Below are positions 27,640 to 38,902 of a stretch of 52,469 bases of DNA, one piece after another (the stretch's first letter is position 1; each line of letters opens with the position of its first letter). The notes beneath the pieces are model-generated. The model was not told where the DNA came from. It saw only the letters and a program-made list of their open reading frames with translations, and searched no databases. The translations under genes were made by a program, and so were the position numbers. The DNA is from an uncultured bacterium (GTDB lineage Bacteria > Zixibacteria > MSB-5A5 > UBA10806): positions 1-52,469 of the forward strand of contig CBFCYP010000003.1 in assembly GCA_965602185.1 (NCBI GenBank), in the 5' to 3' direction.

Positions 27640-28299
27640 ATGATTACAATAGATGACGTGGAAAAAAATCCTTCCGTAACGGCGCTGGTTGAAAAGGCTG
27701 ATAGTGTACTGGCCGAGATAGGCTATACCGAGCATGGCAAAAGACATAGTTCCCTGGCGGCGAAGATAGCTTACAATATAATGATCCGCCTGGGAAGGGG
27801 TGAGAGAAAAGCCCAGTTGGCCGCCATTGCAGGCTACATGCATGATATCGGCAATCTCATCAACAGGGATTATCATGCCCAGACCGCGTCTGTTATGGCA
27901 TTTTCCATACTGAGGGAAATGGGGATGGATATAGAGGAGATATCCGAGGTCATCGCCGCCATCGGAAATCACGACGAGAAAGACGGTTTTCCCGTTTCCG
28001 ATATTTCCGCCGCGGTGGTTCTGGCGGATAAATCCGACGTCCACAGGTCCCGGGTTCGCAATACTGATCAGATCAAAGTCGATATTCACGATAGGGTCAA
28101 TTACGCCGCCGAATCCTCTTTTCTCAAGATCGAAGAGAAGGAAAAAGTCGCCAGGTTGGAGTTGAAGATCGATACTTCGATCTCCCAGGTAATGGAGTAT
28201 TTTGAGATATTTTTATCCCGTATGCTGGTTTGCAAAAGGGCCGCCGAGTATCTGGGGCTGAAGTTTGAGCTTGTGATCAACGGCAATAAACTCCTATAA
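27640..28299 (+). CDS. HD-domain phosphohydrolase
   Basis: GYTEHG, MHDIGN, AIGNHDE, LADKSDV, DIHDRVNYA. Confidence 0.85.
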   Translation: MITIDDVEKNPSVTALVEKADSVLAEIGYTEHGKRHSSLAAKIAYNIMIRLGRGERKAQLAAIAGYMHDIGNLINRDYHAQTASVMAFSILREMGMDIEEISEVIAAIGNHDEKDGFPVSDISAAVVLADKSDVHRSRVRNTDQIKVDIHDRVNYAAESSFLKIEEKEKVARLELKIDTSISQVMEYFEIFLSRMLVCKRAAEYLGLKFELVINGNKLL

Positions 28300-28306
28300 T
28301 AATAAA

Positions 28307-29347
28307 ATGAAAGAAGCGGAACGGTATAGAGAAGCGGGCGTCGATCTGGAATCCGCCGATAGAGCTAAGTCGCGTTTAGGTGAACTGGTTCGGGGGACGT
28401 TTTCGAAAAAAGTCGCCGGGGATTTCGGGGATTTCGGATCGGCGTTTTCTTTAAAAGGTTACGGCGGTAAAGAGAAATATCTGGTTTCCTCCGTTGACGG
28501 AGTCGGAACTAAGCTCAAAATAGCGTTTATGTCCGGCCGTCACGATACGGTGGGACATGATCTGGTCAATCATCTCGTCAACGATATACTCTGCCTCGGC
28601 GCCAAACCGGTCTTTTTTATGGATTATATCGGTCTGGGCAAAATTGACGAGGATGTTGTTTTCGATATAGTTAAGGGAATCGCCGAAGGTTGCAAAGAAA
28701 ACGGTTGCGCGCTTTTAGGCGGCGAAACGGCGGAAATGCCGGGGTTTTACACCGAGGGTGAATACGATATTGCCGGATTTCTCGCCGGTATCGCCGATAA
28801 AGATATTCTGCCAGGAAAGAGCGCTTTAAAACCGGGGGATCTTATAATCGGATTTTCATCCAACGGGCTCCACACCAACGGATATACCCTGGCGAGAAAA
28901 GCGTTTTTTGATATCGGAAAAATGGAACTCGGCGATATTATTCCCGAGACCGGAACCAGACTCGGAGATGAGCTTTTAAAAATCCATTTCTCATATTTTG
29001 ATACTATTTACCCGTTAATGAAAAAGAAACTGGTCAAAGCGGCCGCCCATATCACCGGGGGCGGTTTTGAGGGTAATACTTCGAGAATTTTATCTCCCAA
29101 AGTGGACGCGGTCATAAATACCTATCACTGGTTCCCGCCCGGGATTTTCAAGGCTATTATGAGACTGGGAAAGGTTGGAGTCGAGGAAATGTACAGGGTA
29201 TTCAATATGGGTATAGGATTTGTGGCCATAGTCGGCGAAAAAGATCGGCCGAGACTCAGGAAATACCTGGAAACCAGCGGCTGTGAAGTCATTCCTATTG
29301 GGGTGTTGAGGAAAGGCACCGGGAAAGTCATTCTCCAGTATGAATAA
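28307..29347 (+). CDS. purM: Phosphoribosylformylglycinamidine cyclo-ligase
   Basis: YREAGVD, DGVGTKL, GGETAEMPG, SNGLHTNGY, AHITGGG, FNMGIG. Confidence 0.95.
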   Translation: MKEAERYREAGVDLESADRAKSRLGELVRGTFSKKVAGDFGDFGSAFSLKGYGGKEKYLVSSVDGVGTKLKIAFMSGRHDTVGHDLVNHLVNDILCLGAKPVFFMDYIGLGKIDEDVVFDIVKGIAEGCKENGCALLGGETAEMPGFYTEGEYDIAGFLAGIADKDILPGKSALKPGDLIIGFSSNGLHTNGYTLARKAFFDIGKMELGDIIPETGTRLGDELLKIHFSYFDTIYPLMKKKLVKAAAHITGGGFEGNTSRILSPKVDAVINTYHWFPPGIFKAIMRLGKVGVEEMYRVFNMGIGFVAIVGEKDRPRLRKYLETSGCEVIPIGVLRKGTGKVILQYE

Positions 29348-30878
29348 AAAAATCCCCCGACCGTTAGCGCTTATAATTATGGATGGTTTCGGGCTCAATC
29401 CCGATTCGCGGGGTAACGCTATTTACGCGGCTAATAAACCACACTATGACAGTCTCATCTCCAAGTATCCGCATACGACCCTGGGAGCGTCGGGTCTGGA
29501 CGTCGGTCTGCCGGAGGGACAGATGGGCAACTCCGAAGTGGGGCATCTGAATTTCGGAGCCGGACGGGTGGTTTATCAGGAGGTAACCAGGATAGATAAG
29601 TCTATCAGCGACGGTGATTTTTTCGAAAATGAAATTTTGATACAGCAAATCGAGGGGATTAAAAACCGCTCCGGCAAACTTCACCTTCTGGGTCTTGCCT
29701 CGGACGGTCTCGTTCATTCATCACTGGAACACCTTTATGCTTTGCTGAAATTGAGCAAACAAAAAGGACTCAAAGATGTGATCATACATGCCTTTCTTGA
29801 CGGCCGGGATACATCTCCTACGGGGGGCGCGGCCTATGTTAAACAGATAATCGCCGAAACTGATAAGATCGGTATTGGGAAAGTCGGAACCATAATCGGG
29901 CGTTATTACGCCATGGATCGGGATAAAAGGTGGGATAGAGTCAAAAGGGCTTATGATCTGGTGGTGAAAGGAATTGGACCGAATTCTTCAGATCCGGTTG
30001 TCAGTATCAAAGAAAATTATAAAAAAAATATTACCGATGAATTTATGGAGCCGATATCGTTGGATGGCTTTGATCATACATTTGAGGAAAAAGACGGCGT
30101 CATATTTTTCAATTTCCGGGCCGACAGGGCGCGGCAGCTAAGCCATGCCATAGCGGATAAAGAATTCGATCATTTTGATAGAAACGGATGCACCATAATT
30201 CCATTGGTAAGTATGACCCAGCACGATCTGGATCTGAAATCGAAAGTAGCTTTTCCGCAGCAATCCCTCAATAACATCCTGGGAGATATAATAAGCAAAC
30301 ATGGATTAAGGCAGCTCAGGACTGCTGAGACCGAAAAATATCCTCATGTGACCTTCTTTTTCAACGGGGGAGTAGAAAAGCGCCATGATGGTGAAGACTG
30401 GGTCATGATTCATTCGCCCGGGGTGGCGACCTACGATCTGAAGCCGGAAATGTCGGCCTTGGAGGTGACTGACTCGACGGTCAACAAAATAAACGACAGC
30501 ATTTACGATTTTATCGTCTTAAATTTTGCCAATTGCGATATGGTGGGGCATACCGGTATTTTTGATGCGGCGAAAAAAGCCGTCGAGACCGTAGATAAAT
30601 GCGTCGGAAGGGTAGTTAAAACGATCCATAATGCCGGCGGAGTTGCGCTGGTAACGGCCGATCATGGAAATGCGGAAAAGATGGTCGATGCTGACGGGAG
30701 CCCATTTACGGCTCATACCACTTTTCCGGTACCGTTTATAGTTGTGGACGACAATTTCGATGGTGAATTGCGCGAAGGCGGCAGGCTGGCGGACGTTGCT
30801 CCGACGATTCTGGATTATCTTAATTTACCAAAGCCCGATGAAATGACCGGAGAAAGCCTTATTGTGAAAGGCTCTTGA
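29340..30878 (+). CDS. gpmI: 2,3-BPG-independent phosphoglycerate mutase
   Basis: GQMGNSEVGH, DGRDT, GRYYAMDRD, FNFRADRAR, AETEKYPHVT, DMVGHTG, TADHGNAE. Confidence 0.97.
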   Translation: MNKKIPRPLALIIMDGFGLNPDSRGNAIYAANKPHYDSLISKYPHTTLGASGLDVGLPEGQMGNSEVGHLNFGAGRVVYQEVTRIDKSISDGDFFENEILIQQIEGIKNRSGKLHLLGLASDGLVHSSLEHLYALLKLSKQKGLKDVIIHAFLDGRDTSPTGGAAYVKQIIAETDKIGIGKVGTIIGRYYAMDRDKRWDRVKRAYDLVVKGIGPNSSDPVVSIKENYKKNITDEFMEPISLDGFDHTFEEKDGVIFFNFRADRARQLSHAIADKEFDHFDRNGCTIIPLVSMTQHDLDLKSKVAFPQQSLNNILGDIISKHGLRQLRTAETEKYPHVTFFFNGGVEKRHDGEDWVMIHSPGVATYDLKPEMSALEVTDSTVNKINDSIYDFIVLNFANCDMVGHTGIFDAAKKAVETVDKCVGRVVKTIHNAGGVALVTADHGNAEKMVDADGSPFTAHTTFPVPFIVVDDNFDGELREGGRLADVAPTILDYLNLPKPDEMTGESLIVKGS

Positions 30879-30918
30879 TGGATCTTTTAACCTTCAATGT
30901 TACTATTATGAATTTATA

Positions 30919-32430
30919 ATGGAAAAAACCCGACCATATTTAGTAATTTTCTCTGCCTTAATCTCAGTCTTTTGTTTTCCCCCCTTTAAATTCGGTCCTA
31001 TAATTTTTATCACGCTGGTCCCATTATTTCTCGCGATCGAAGGTCTTTCTCCCTCGAAGGCGTTTAAATATGGTTTTATCTGGGGATTTATCTTTTACCT
31101 GGGATATATTTACTATATCGCCTGGGTGACTTTTCCGGGGATGCTCGCGGCTGTACTTATAATGTCATTAATACCGGCGACTGCGTTCTGGGTTTATGTT
31201 CGTATTTTACCTAGAAGCCCCGGTATGGCGCTGGTATTTTTGCCCTCGTATTTCGTCGCCTGGAACTGGCTATTCACCATGTCGGATTTTAACTATCCCT
31301 GGATGGATATCGGTTATGCGCTGGGATATTATGTGCCCTTTATTCAGGCCGCCGAGATTGGCGGCGTGTATTTAATCTCGCTGGTGATTTTAGTCGTTAA
31401 TACCTGTTTGTATGTTTCCATTTCGGAGAAATTTCATCTCGGGCCACAGTATAGGGCTTCGCTTCGAATATTTTCCGTAATTTTGATTAGCGCGCTGTTC
31501 TTATACGGTTACTGGCGTCTGGGCGACGCATCCCAACAGCATGAGAAAGAAGGGCTTTCGGTCGGTCTGATTCAGGGGAATATGACCCGTGATGTTAAGT
31601 GGAAACCCGAATATTTGCAGGAGAATTTCGAAAGGTATTTCGACCTGTCAAGAAAGGCGGCAAATGCTGGCGCCGACCTGATAATCTGGCCGGAAACGGC
31701 GACGCCGACATATCTCGTACAATATCGAACTCATTTCAATAGATTTAAAAATTTCGCCGATTCGCTTGGCGTTCCGATCCTGACCGGAACGCCCTTTTAT
31801 GAACCCGTCGGGCCAGGTGAGTACATTTATTTTAATTCCGCGATCCTGGCTGAACCGGGCAAGGAAGGATATGAAATCTATAAAAAGATCCATCTTGTCC
31901 CGATGAGCGAGAAGATACCGCTTTCGGGACGATTTAAGGTTTTAAAAGAGATCAGGCTCGGCCAGGCCGACTGGTCATCGGGATCGGAGCGAACAATTTT
32001 CGATCTGGATGGGTATAAATTTGCGACGGTGATATGTATCGAATCGGTTTATCCCGGTTACTGCCGCGAATTTGCGCAGAGGGACGCGGAATTTCTGGTA
32101 GTGATCACAAATGACATGTGGTTCGGGCGGACGTCGCTATTGGAACAACACGCCATGATGTCCGTGTTCAGGGCGGTAGAGAACAGAATTCCCGTTGTTC
32201 GAGCGGCCAATACGGGAATATCGATGTCGATAGATAAATGGGGAAGAATTGTGGAGAAATCGGATATATTTACAATTGAATACCTGGTTTCGAGGATTTA
32301 TCCGGAGGAGTCAAACAGCGTTTACGGGCGTATCGGCGATATAATACCCAGGGTGTTGCTGGCGTTTGTATTTATATCGTTAGTAATTGCCTTTGCAAAA
32401 CGAAAACGCTATAATTTGAAGTCATGGTGA
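30919..32430 (+). CDS. lnt: Apolipoprotein N-acyltransferase
   Basis: Multiple TMs, QGN, IIWPETA, KIHLVPMSE, ICIES, TNDMWFG, RAVENR..RAANTGIS. Confidence 0.93.
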   Translation: MEKTRPYLVIFSALISVFCFPPFKFGPIIFITLVPLFLAIEGLSPSKAFKYGFIWGFIFYLGYIYYIAWVTFPGMLAAVLIMSLIPATAFWVYVRILPRSPGMALVFLPSYFVAWNWLFTMSDFNYPWMDIGYALGYYVPFIQAAEIGGVYLISLVILVVNTCLYVSISEKFHLGPQYRASLRIFSVILISALFLYGYWRLGDASQQHEKEGLSVGLIQGNMTRDVKWKPEYLQENFERYFDLSRKAANAGADLIIWPETATPTYLVQYRTHFNRFKNFADSLGVPILTGTPFYEPVGPGEYIYFNSAILAEPGKEGYEIYKKIHLVPMSEKIPLSGRFKVLKEIRLGQADWSSGSERTIFDLDGYKFATVICIESVYPGYCREFAQRDAEFLVVITNDMWFGRTSLLEQHAMMSVFRAVENRIPVVRAANTGISMSIDKWGRIVEKSDIFTIEYLVSRIYPEESNSVYGRIGDIIPRVLLAFVFISLVIAFAKRKRYNLKSW

Positions 32431-34616
32431 TCAGGAAGTTATTTTTAATTCAGCTTTTTATAGTCTTGATGTTTTCAGGCGGCCGATCGCAGGATTGGTT
32501 CAGTTATACGAATTCGAATAATATACGCCAGATCGTATTTGATTCCGACCGCGTCTGGGGAGCCACATCCGGAGGAATAATAAATTACTCGATAATTAGC
32601 GAGGAAATTAATAAGCTGACGAATACCGACGGACTCGGAGGAATCGATTATAATTGTGCCGGGGTTGATACCGCGGGAGAGCTGTGGTTCGGGGCGGCGG
32701 ATGGATGGCTGAGCAAGATAGGTCCTAATGGCGATATAATCAATTATCCCGTGGTTGAAAGCGAAGGCGGTTATTTTGACAGGAGAATTACCATTTACGA
32801 TCTTTCGATCGACGGTGATGTTTTGTGGATGGCCAACGATATGGGAGTCAGCAAATTCCTGATATATTCCAATGGCGGAGAAATCAAGGATACGGCCAAA
32901 AAGCTGGGGAACCTCGAGGACGAAGAGGACATCAAAAGCATCGCGGTAATAGGGGATCATATCTGGGCGGGCTGCGATCGCGGCCTGGCGTTTACTGAAA
33001 AGACAAATCCCAATATCCAGGATCCCAATTCGTGGAGATCGTTCGGCGGAAGCGATTTTCCCATGGGCAGGGCCGGCATAAATACCATAGCGGCCTATTA
33101 TGATACGGTTGTGGTGGGGGTAGACAGCGGCCTGTTTAAACTGCAGATAGTCCCCGATACCAACTGGGTGGAGATGGGTAATTTTTCGAACCTCCGCGTA
33201 TGGAAAATTTTATTCTATGAGGACGATTTATATGTGTCGACTAATGCCGGAATAAGGATTTTCGATGGAACGACCTGGTCGAGCATTACCAATAACGGAT
33301 TGATATCCGGGATCGGCGATATAACTTTTGATGATACCGGCAATCTCTGGGCGGCCACCCTGGGATCGGGGCTTGCGGGATTTAAGGATTCATTGTGGGT
33401 TCTATATTCAATTCCCGGTCCGGCGTCGAATTTTATCAATAAAATGGCTATTGATTCAACCGGTGCGCTATGGATGACGCATGATTCAAAGGGTTTGAGC
33501 AGGTTCGGGGATGATGAATGGACCATTTATAACAGCTCTAACTCCGATCTGAATGATAACAGCGCGCACAGCATTGCGGTCGCGGGTGACGGCGCTATCT
33601 GGGTCGGCTCCTGGGGAGGCGGATTATATCGATATGACGAAGGAGTATGGGATCACTGGACCACGGATAACAGCCCTATGTTCGGGGTTCCCAACGCCCT
33701 TTATTATTGGGCGGCGGCGGCAGTCGAGATAGACCAGGTTGGAAATGTTTGGGTTTCATCATTGGACGCGGATTCGGGATTGGTTATGGGAGCATTTAAT
33801 CCGGTCGATTCCATCTGGCACGTTTATTACGAAGGACCGATTACCATTCAGGAGAATACCGTGGGGGCGTTGCTTGCGCAGGGAAATTCATTATGGATCG
33901 GAACAACCCAGGGACTTCACAAACTTAATCACGCGGGCACGCCGTTTAATGAGGGTGACGATTCCTGGCTGAATTATGTTATTCGGGAATTCGTGGCCGA
34001 CATCGCCCTGGATCCATTCGGCAACTTATGGCTGGGCGCGCCGACAGGTCTCTATTATGTGGAAAACACGACAAATATCGTCCGGCAGGTCGAGTTGCCG
34101 CTGGAGATTTCCGGCAGCGTGCAGGCAGTGGCATCGGATGGCGTCGGGGATATCTGGGTGGGAACCGTTACCGGCGCCGGGGTTTTAAGGCCGGATAAAA
34201 TTAACTGGAAAGCGACATATACAACGGACAACAGCCCGCTTTTAAATAACGAGATTTCGGATATCGAGATAAACCTTGAAACCGGTATGATATACCTGGG
34301 CACCTCCGGAGGTCTTTCTATTTTCGATTCCGGAGTGGAACAACCGTCGGAGGACCTTTCTGACGTAGAGGCATTTCCCAATCCCGTTCTGGTTCCGCAG
34401 GGGCACAACGCCGTTTCCTTCAAAAGGGTACCCACGGAAGCGGTTATTTCAATTTATACCGTATCCGGGGATCTGGTAATATCTTTTAAACTGAGCGATA
34501 TACCGGAATGGGATCTCGAAAATTCGAACGGTGAGCCGGTCGCCGGCGGGGTATATTTCTTCGTCGTCGATTACCAGGGAAAATCCGGCACGGGGAAATT
34601 TGCGATCATCAAATAA
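32424..34616 (+). CDS. PorZ-like double beta-propeller (two-component-regulator propeller repeats) with T9SS CTD
   Basis: W.SYT N-terminus, TNTDGL, many D..G.LW.GT..GL repeats, NSPLLNNEISDI...IYLGTSGGL, CTD AFPNP...GVYFFVV..GKFAIIK; 730 aa. Confidence 0.65.
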   Translation: MVIRKLFLIQLFIVLMFSGGRSQDWFSYTNSNNIRQIVFDSDRVWGATSGGIINYSIISEEINKLTNTDGLGGIDYNCAGVDTAGELWFGAADGWLSKIGPNGDIINYPVVESEGGYFDRRITIYDLSIDGDVLWMANDMGVSKFLIYSNGGEIKDTAKKLGNLEDEEDIKSIAVIGDHIWAGCDRGLAFTEKTNPNIQDPNSWRSFGGSDFPMGRAGINTIAAYYDTVVVGVDSGLFKLQIVPDTNWVEMGNFSNLRVWKILFYEDDLYVSTNAGIRIFDGTTWSSITNNGLISGIGDITFDDTGNLWAATLGSGLAGFKDSLWVLYSIPGPASNFINKMAIDSTGALWMTHDSKGLSRFGDDEWTIYNSSNSDLNDNSAHSIAVAGDGAIWVGSWGGGLYRYDEGVWDHWTTDNSPMFGVPNALYYWAAAAVEIDQVGNVWVSSLDADSGLVMGAFNPVDSIWHVYYEGPITIQENTVGALLAQGNSLWIGTTQGLHKLNHAGTPFNEGDDSWLNYVIREFVADIALDPFGNLWLGAPTGLYYVENTTNIVRQVELPLEISGSVQAVASDGVGDIWVGTVTGAGVLRPDKINWKATYTTDNSPLLNNEISDIEINLETGMIYLGTSGGLSIFDSGVEQPSEDLSDVEAFPNPVLVPQGHNAVSFKRVPTEAVISIYTVSGDLVISFKLSDIPEWDLENSNGEPVAGGVYFFVVDYQGKSGTGKFAIIK

Positions 34617-35550
34617 AATAACGTTTTCCGAAGCCGTTCCCGAGGACAATCAACTTTCATCGATATGGGGCGGCGCTTTTTTTCATCCATTGTTTGTCAA
34701 AAACGGCGCCAGATATATGGGCCTGGAAGGAAGCGCGAAAATTATCGAGTATGACGGTAACAAAATCGGAATTTCAAATATGCTGTTTCGAAAAAGGTCT
34801 GGAATTAAAGTAGCCACTATTCCCCTTCTCTTCCAGTATTTCGGACCGGTTTTTTATGATTCCTCATTTGAGGAAAATTTTTTAAAGCCTGTTATAGATC
34901 ATTATAAGGAAACCTGTGATTTTATTTATCTTTCTTTCACTCCGGAATTTAATTCCATCGGGGAATTGAGCGGCGGCTGGAAAATTCGCAGGTCCTCGAC
35001 CCTGGCGATAACCGATTCCGAATTAAGCTCCTGGGGAAATAATTTCCGTGACGACGTTAGGAATAAAATAAATAAAGCGAATCGCGAAAAGGTCCAAATC
35101 ATTCAATCCGACGCTTTCAATGAGCGCCTGTGGGAACTATCCTTTGCGCGCAAAGGAATGAAACCGCCCATAAAACCGTCGTACCTTAATAAGTGGTGTT
35201 CGGAGCTTTTGAACGGCTCCCTACTTCACATTTATACCGCAGTCGTGGATGGCAGGGAGGCGGCGTTCCGGGGACAATTAATATATGGACGATTCGCCTA
35301 TGATTGGATAGCCGGTTCCGATCCCGAATATCACCACCTGGGGACCAATCAATTGCTGATGGCCGAGATCGGCCGGGAGTTGAGGAAAAAGGGAATAACC
35401 ATATGGGATCTTGTGGACGGCAGCATAAAAGGCATAGCCGAATTTAAAAGGTCATTTGGCGCCGTGGAATATCATCATTGGCAGGTCTATAAAGCTATCG
35501 GCGTAAAAGGGAAATTATTCGGGGCGTTGCGAAGAATGAAGAATGCCTGA
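34600..35550 (+). CDS. GNAT/FemAB-like acyltransferase
   Basis: DVRNKINKA, AYDWIAGS, NQLLM, WDL..GIAEFKRSFGA. Start uncertain (TTG 34600; ORF track 34531). Confidence 0.75.
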   Translation: MRSSNKITFSEAVPEDNQLSSIWGGAFFHPLFVKNGARYMGLEGSAKIIEYDGNKIGISNMLFRKRSGIKVATIPLLFQYFGPVFYDSSFEENFLKPVIDHYKETCDFIYLSFTPEFNSIGELSGGWKIRRSSTLAITDSELSSWGNNFRDDVRNKINKANREKVQIIQSDAFNERLWELSFARKGMKPPIKPSYLNKWCSELLNGSLLHIYTAVVDGREAAFRGQLIYGRFAYDWIAGSDPEYHHLGTNQLLMAEIGRELRKKGITIWDLVDGSIKGIAEFKRSFGAVEYHHWQVYKAIGVKGKLFGALRRMKNA

Positions 35551-36856
35551 GAATTTTATAATAAAATATTGGTATAATAACGGGAAACTAAGTAGGGCGG
35601 CATCCGATCATGTATTCCGCTACCTGTCCGCATTCGGCGATTATAAATTTATCGAGGATAAAGACACGCCCGTTATCTGGCGAGATACCGAAAGTAAGGT
35701 TCCCCCGTCCGCGAGGATAATTCTATCGAACGAAATAGAGAAGGCGGACTCATTGAATGCCCCGGCCGGCGGTAATAGTGATTGTTTATATGTATCGCCC
35801 GATCCCATAGAGAGAATTTTCGAAAAGATATCGATAAAAACGGCCCTGGGGCCGTATTCCGAATCGGAACATAGACCTGAGAACTCTCCGGGGGAATCTC
35901 TGGGCGGGATTATAAAGGGCTTTTTCAATCAGTTACAGGATAAGGATATCATACAATCGAGCGAGGGCGGTTTTTTGCTTTGGCCGAGAGGATATAATTT
36001 CGCGCTTGCTGTTACTCATGATGTTGATATAATACGGCGTTCGGTTCGCGGCAGCATTCGATTATTATTCAAAAAGGACGTTCCGGGCGGATTTAAGGGC
36101 CTGTTGGATTCCGTTAAATCGTTTTTGGGTTTGTCCCGCAATCCCTATGATAGAATTGCCGACTGGATAGATCACGAGAAGAGAAACGGACTGAAATCGA
36201 CATTTTTCGTTTTTCCGGGAAACAGGAATAATAAAAACGATCCCAAGTATAATATTAATCAATTGAAGAAATCAATTGAAGACATCAAAGAAAACGGCTT
36301 TGAGCTGGCGCTGCATTCCGGAATCGAATGCTACAAAGGTGATAGCATTGCAGAATCCATAAAAATCCTGAGTCAAACGACGCGAATTTCAATATCCGGG
36401 ATCAGACCTCATTATCTATCGGCCTCTTTGCCGGAGTACTGGCGGGCGGCGGCCGAAAACGGCTTTGAATATTCATCCTGCCTCGGCTTTGACGAGGATA
36501 TCGGTTTTTATCAGGGTATCGATCTTCCTATTATACCTTTTGATATCGAAAACGATATTTCTTTGGATATTGTGGAGATACCGATAGCGATCATGGATTG
36601 CGGTCTTATTGAACGCAACTCCGCGAATTATGCACAATTATTGGATAATGCGAAAAAGCTGGTAAATAGAGTTAAGGACGCCCGTGGGATTTTGGTGTTG
36701 GATTGGCACCAGAGAACTATGTATAATGCTGATTACCCGGGCTGGGCGGAGGTTTTTTTTGATTTGATTGATTACGCCCGAAATGAAGGCGCTTATTTTA
36801 TCTCCCCGGGAGAGACGGCGCGGCTTTTGAAAAGTAAAATGGCGGTTAACGATTGA
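35543..36856 (+). CDS. Polysaccharide deacetylase-family protein
   Basis: VTHDVD, KSTFF, FELALH, GIRPHYL, EIPIAIMD, LDWHQ. Confidence 0.8.
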   Translation: MPENFIIKYWYNNGKLSRAASDHVFRYLSAFGDYKFIEDKDTPVIWRDTESKVPPSARIILSNEIEKADSLNAPAGGNSDCLYVSPDPIERIFEKISIKTALGPYSESEHRPENSPGESLGGIIKGFFNQLQDKDIIQSSEGGFLLWPRGYNFALAVTHDVDIIRRSVRGSIRLLFKKDVPGGFKGLLDSVKSFLGLSRNPYDRIADWIDHEKRNGLKSTFFVFPGNRNNKNDPKYNINQLKKSIEDIKENGFELALHSGIECYKGDSIAESIKILSQTTRISISGIRPHYLSASLPEYWRAAAENGFEYSSCLGFDEDIGFYQGIDLPIIPFDIENDISLDIVEIPIAIMDCGLIERNSANYAQLLDNAKKLVNRVKDARGILVLDWHQRTMYNADYPGWAEVFFDLIDYARNEGAYFISPGETARLLKSKMAVND

Positions 36857-37977
36857 AAGTTGTCTATTTGATTCTAAACAGTCTCGAATTCGACTCCCGG
36901 GCCAGGCTGGAGATCGATGTTATAGGCGGGATGGGGCATGACGTCGAGATAATCTGCACCGTGGGGGCAAAGTCTAATAATTACAATGGACATCCCCTAC
37001 ATAGAATCAAGCAATATACCTGGCCCACGAGGAAAATTAGGTTTGTACAATTCAATCTATTATCCGGCCTGATCGGAGCCAGGATTAAGGCGGATATATA
37101 TCACGCGGTTGACCTCGATGTTTTATTCGGGGCTTATCGGGCGGCCAGGAAGACCGGCGGGAAACTTATCTATGAAGCGCGGGAGCTATACACGGAGCTT
37201 GAGCCCTTGCAGGGACGCAATACCATAAAGGCGTTCTGGCGCGGACTGGAAAAGCGGCTGATCGGGAAGGCGGATAAGGTTATTACGATAAACGAGTCCA
37301 TAGCCGACGAACTATGTAAAAGATACGGAATTGAAAAACCCGCAATAATAAGAAATGTGGCCATGCCGATTTCTGAATTGAAGCCTGTCGATTTGCACAG
37401 GAAATTCAATATTCCGGAGAATTATAAAGTAATTTTGTATCAGGGGGTATTGAGAAAAGGCCAGGGACTACTTTACCAGATGGAAATTATGAAGTATCTT
37501 AATAATATTGCAATGTTGTTTCTGGGCGGGGGGCCGATCGAGGATAATATCGGAAAAAAATCGGTGGAATACGGGATAAAAGACAAAGTTATTCTCGGCG
37601 GTCGTGTATCGCCTGATGAGTTATCAAATCATACTGCCTCCGCGGACGCGGGGTTGCTCTTAATGGAGGACGCGGCGTTGAATAACAGGCTGGCGCTGCC
37701 TCAGAAACTGTTCCAGTACCTGGTGGCCGGAATCCCTCAGATAGTCTCGCCCATGCCGGAGATATCCCGGTTTGTGAAAAATGAGGATACCGGAATAGTG
37801 ATACCGTTAGACCGACCTCAGGAGGCGGCCGAGGAGATATCGCGGTTTTTGAACGATAAGCGTCGATATGATGAAGCTAAGGAAAATTGCCGGATATCGG
37901 CGAGAAAGAATAACTGGGAAAACGAATCTGAGAAACTGATAGAAATCTACCGGGAATTGGAAGCGCGTAATGATTAA
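36853..37977 (+). CDS. Glycosyltransferase family 4
   Basis: DSRARLE, IYHAVD, IYEARELY, ILYQG..KGQGL, PQKLFQYLVAGIP. Confidence 0.88.
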   Translation: MKVVYLILNSLEFDSRARLEIDVIGGMGHDVEIICTVGAKSNNYNGHPLHRIKQYTWPTRKIRFVQFNLLSGLIGARIKADIYHAVDLDVLFGAYRAARKTGGKLIYEARELYTELEPLQGRNTIKAFWRGLEKRLIGKADKVITINESIADELCKRYGIEKPAIIRNVAMPISELKPVDLHRKFNIPENYKVILYQGVLRKGQGLLYQMEIMKYLNNIAMLFLGGGPIEDNIGKKSVEYGIKDKVILGGRVSPDELSNHTASADAGLLLMEDAALNNRLALPQKLFQYLVAGIPQIVSPMPEISRFVKNEDTGIVIPLDRPQEAAEEISRFLNDKRRYDEAKENCRISARKNNWENESEKLIEIYRELEARND

Positions 37978-38902
37978 ATATTCCATTTTGATTATCACAT
38001 ACAACCAGAAGGACATTCTTTCCAGGACATTGCGCAGCCTGGCGGCGCAGATAAAAAATCCGAAGGTTTTCGAAATAGTAATCGCCGATGACTGCTCGAC
38101 GGACGGGACCGGCGATTTCGTTAAAAGACAGAGGCTGCCTATATTCTTGAAATATATCAGGTCCGAAAAAAATGTGGGACGTTCGATTATTCGAAATATG
38201 GGATTTGAAAAGACCTCCGGTGGGCAGGTCCTTTTCCTGGACGGGGATATGGAACCGGCGGCGGGCATGATGGATGCTTATATGTCATCATGGGAAAGGT
38301 ATCCCGATTCGGTCATAGTCGGCTCCTGGAAAAGACCTCCGGATTTTAATTATGACAGGGTCATGAAATTTATAATGTCCAGGGGACGTTTCCGCATTAC
38401 AAAAGGGAGAAAGATTCCCGGAAACTGGTTTAACAGCGGCAATTTTTCGATAAGAAAAAACATTTTTGCCCGACTGTCCGGCTTCGACCTCGATTTCGAA
38501 GGCTGGAAAGGCGAGGATACCGATTTGGGAATTCGTCTGGAAAAGGAATCAATTCCGATACGGGATAATCCGGAGGCGGTGTCGTATCATTATCATTCAA
38601 AAACTCTCGAGGAGATGATTTCCGAATACGAACGTTTCGGAAGAACCAGTTACAGGGTATTGCTGAAAAAACATGGAGCCTCTAAAATTTTTAAAAACGG
38701 GTGGCTGTTGGGGCTGCCCGATCCCGATGCCGGTATTTTTAAAAAGACAATCGCCTGGACGATTTCACCATTCAGATCGAAGTTCGCTATCGCTATTTTA
38801 AAATCCCTGGCGAAAATGGGCGGCGGGAAGTATCATTTTGATTTCTGTTACGGCTGGCTGTTATACAGCTGTATGGTTCAAAGTTTTAAAAAAACGAAAT
38901 AA
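37970..38902 (+). CDS. Glycosyltransferase family 2
   Basis: SILIITYN, ADDCSTDGT, RNMG, FLDGD, GFD..F.GWKGEDTDLGIRL. Confidence 0.9.
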   Translation: MIKYSILIITYNQKDILSRTLRSLAAQIKNPKVFEIVIADDCSTDGTGDFVKRQRLPIFLKYIRSEKNVGRSIIRNMGFEKTSGGQVLFLDGDMEPAAGMMDAYMSSWERYPDSVIVGSWKRPPDFNYDRVMKFIMSRGRFRITKGRKIPGNWFNSGNFSIRKNIFARLSGFDLDFEGWKGEDTDLGIRLEKESIPIRDNPEAVSYHYHSKTLEEMISEYERFGRTSYRVLLKKHGASKIFKNGWLLGLPDPDAGIFKKTIAWTISPFRSKFAIAILKSLAKMGGGKYHFDFCYGWLLYSCMVQSFKKTK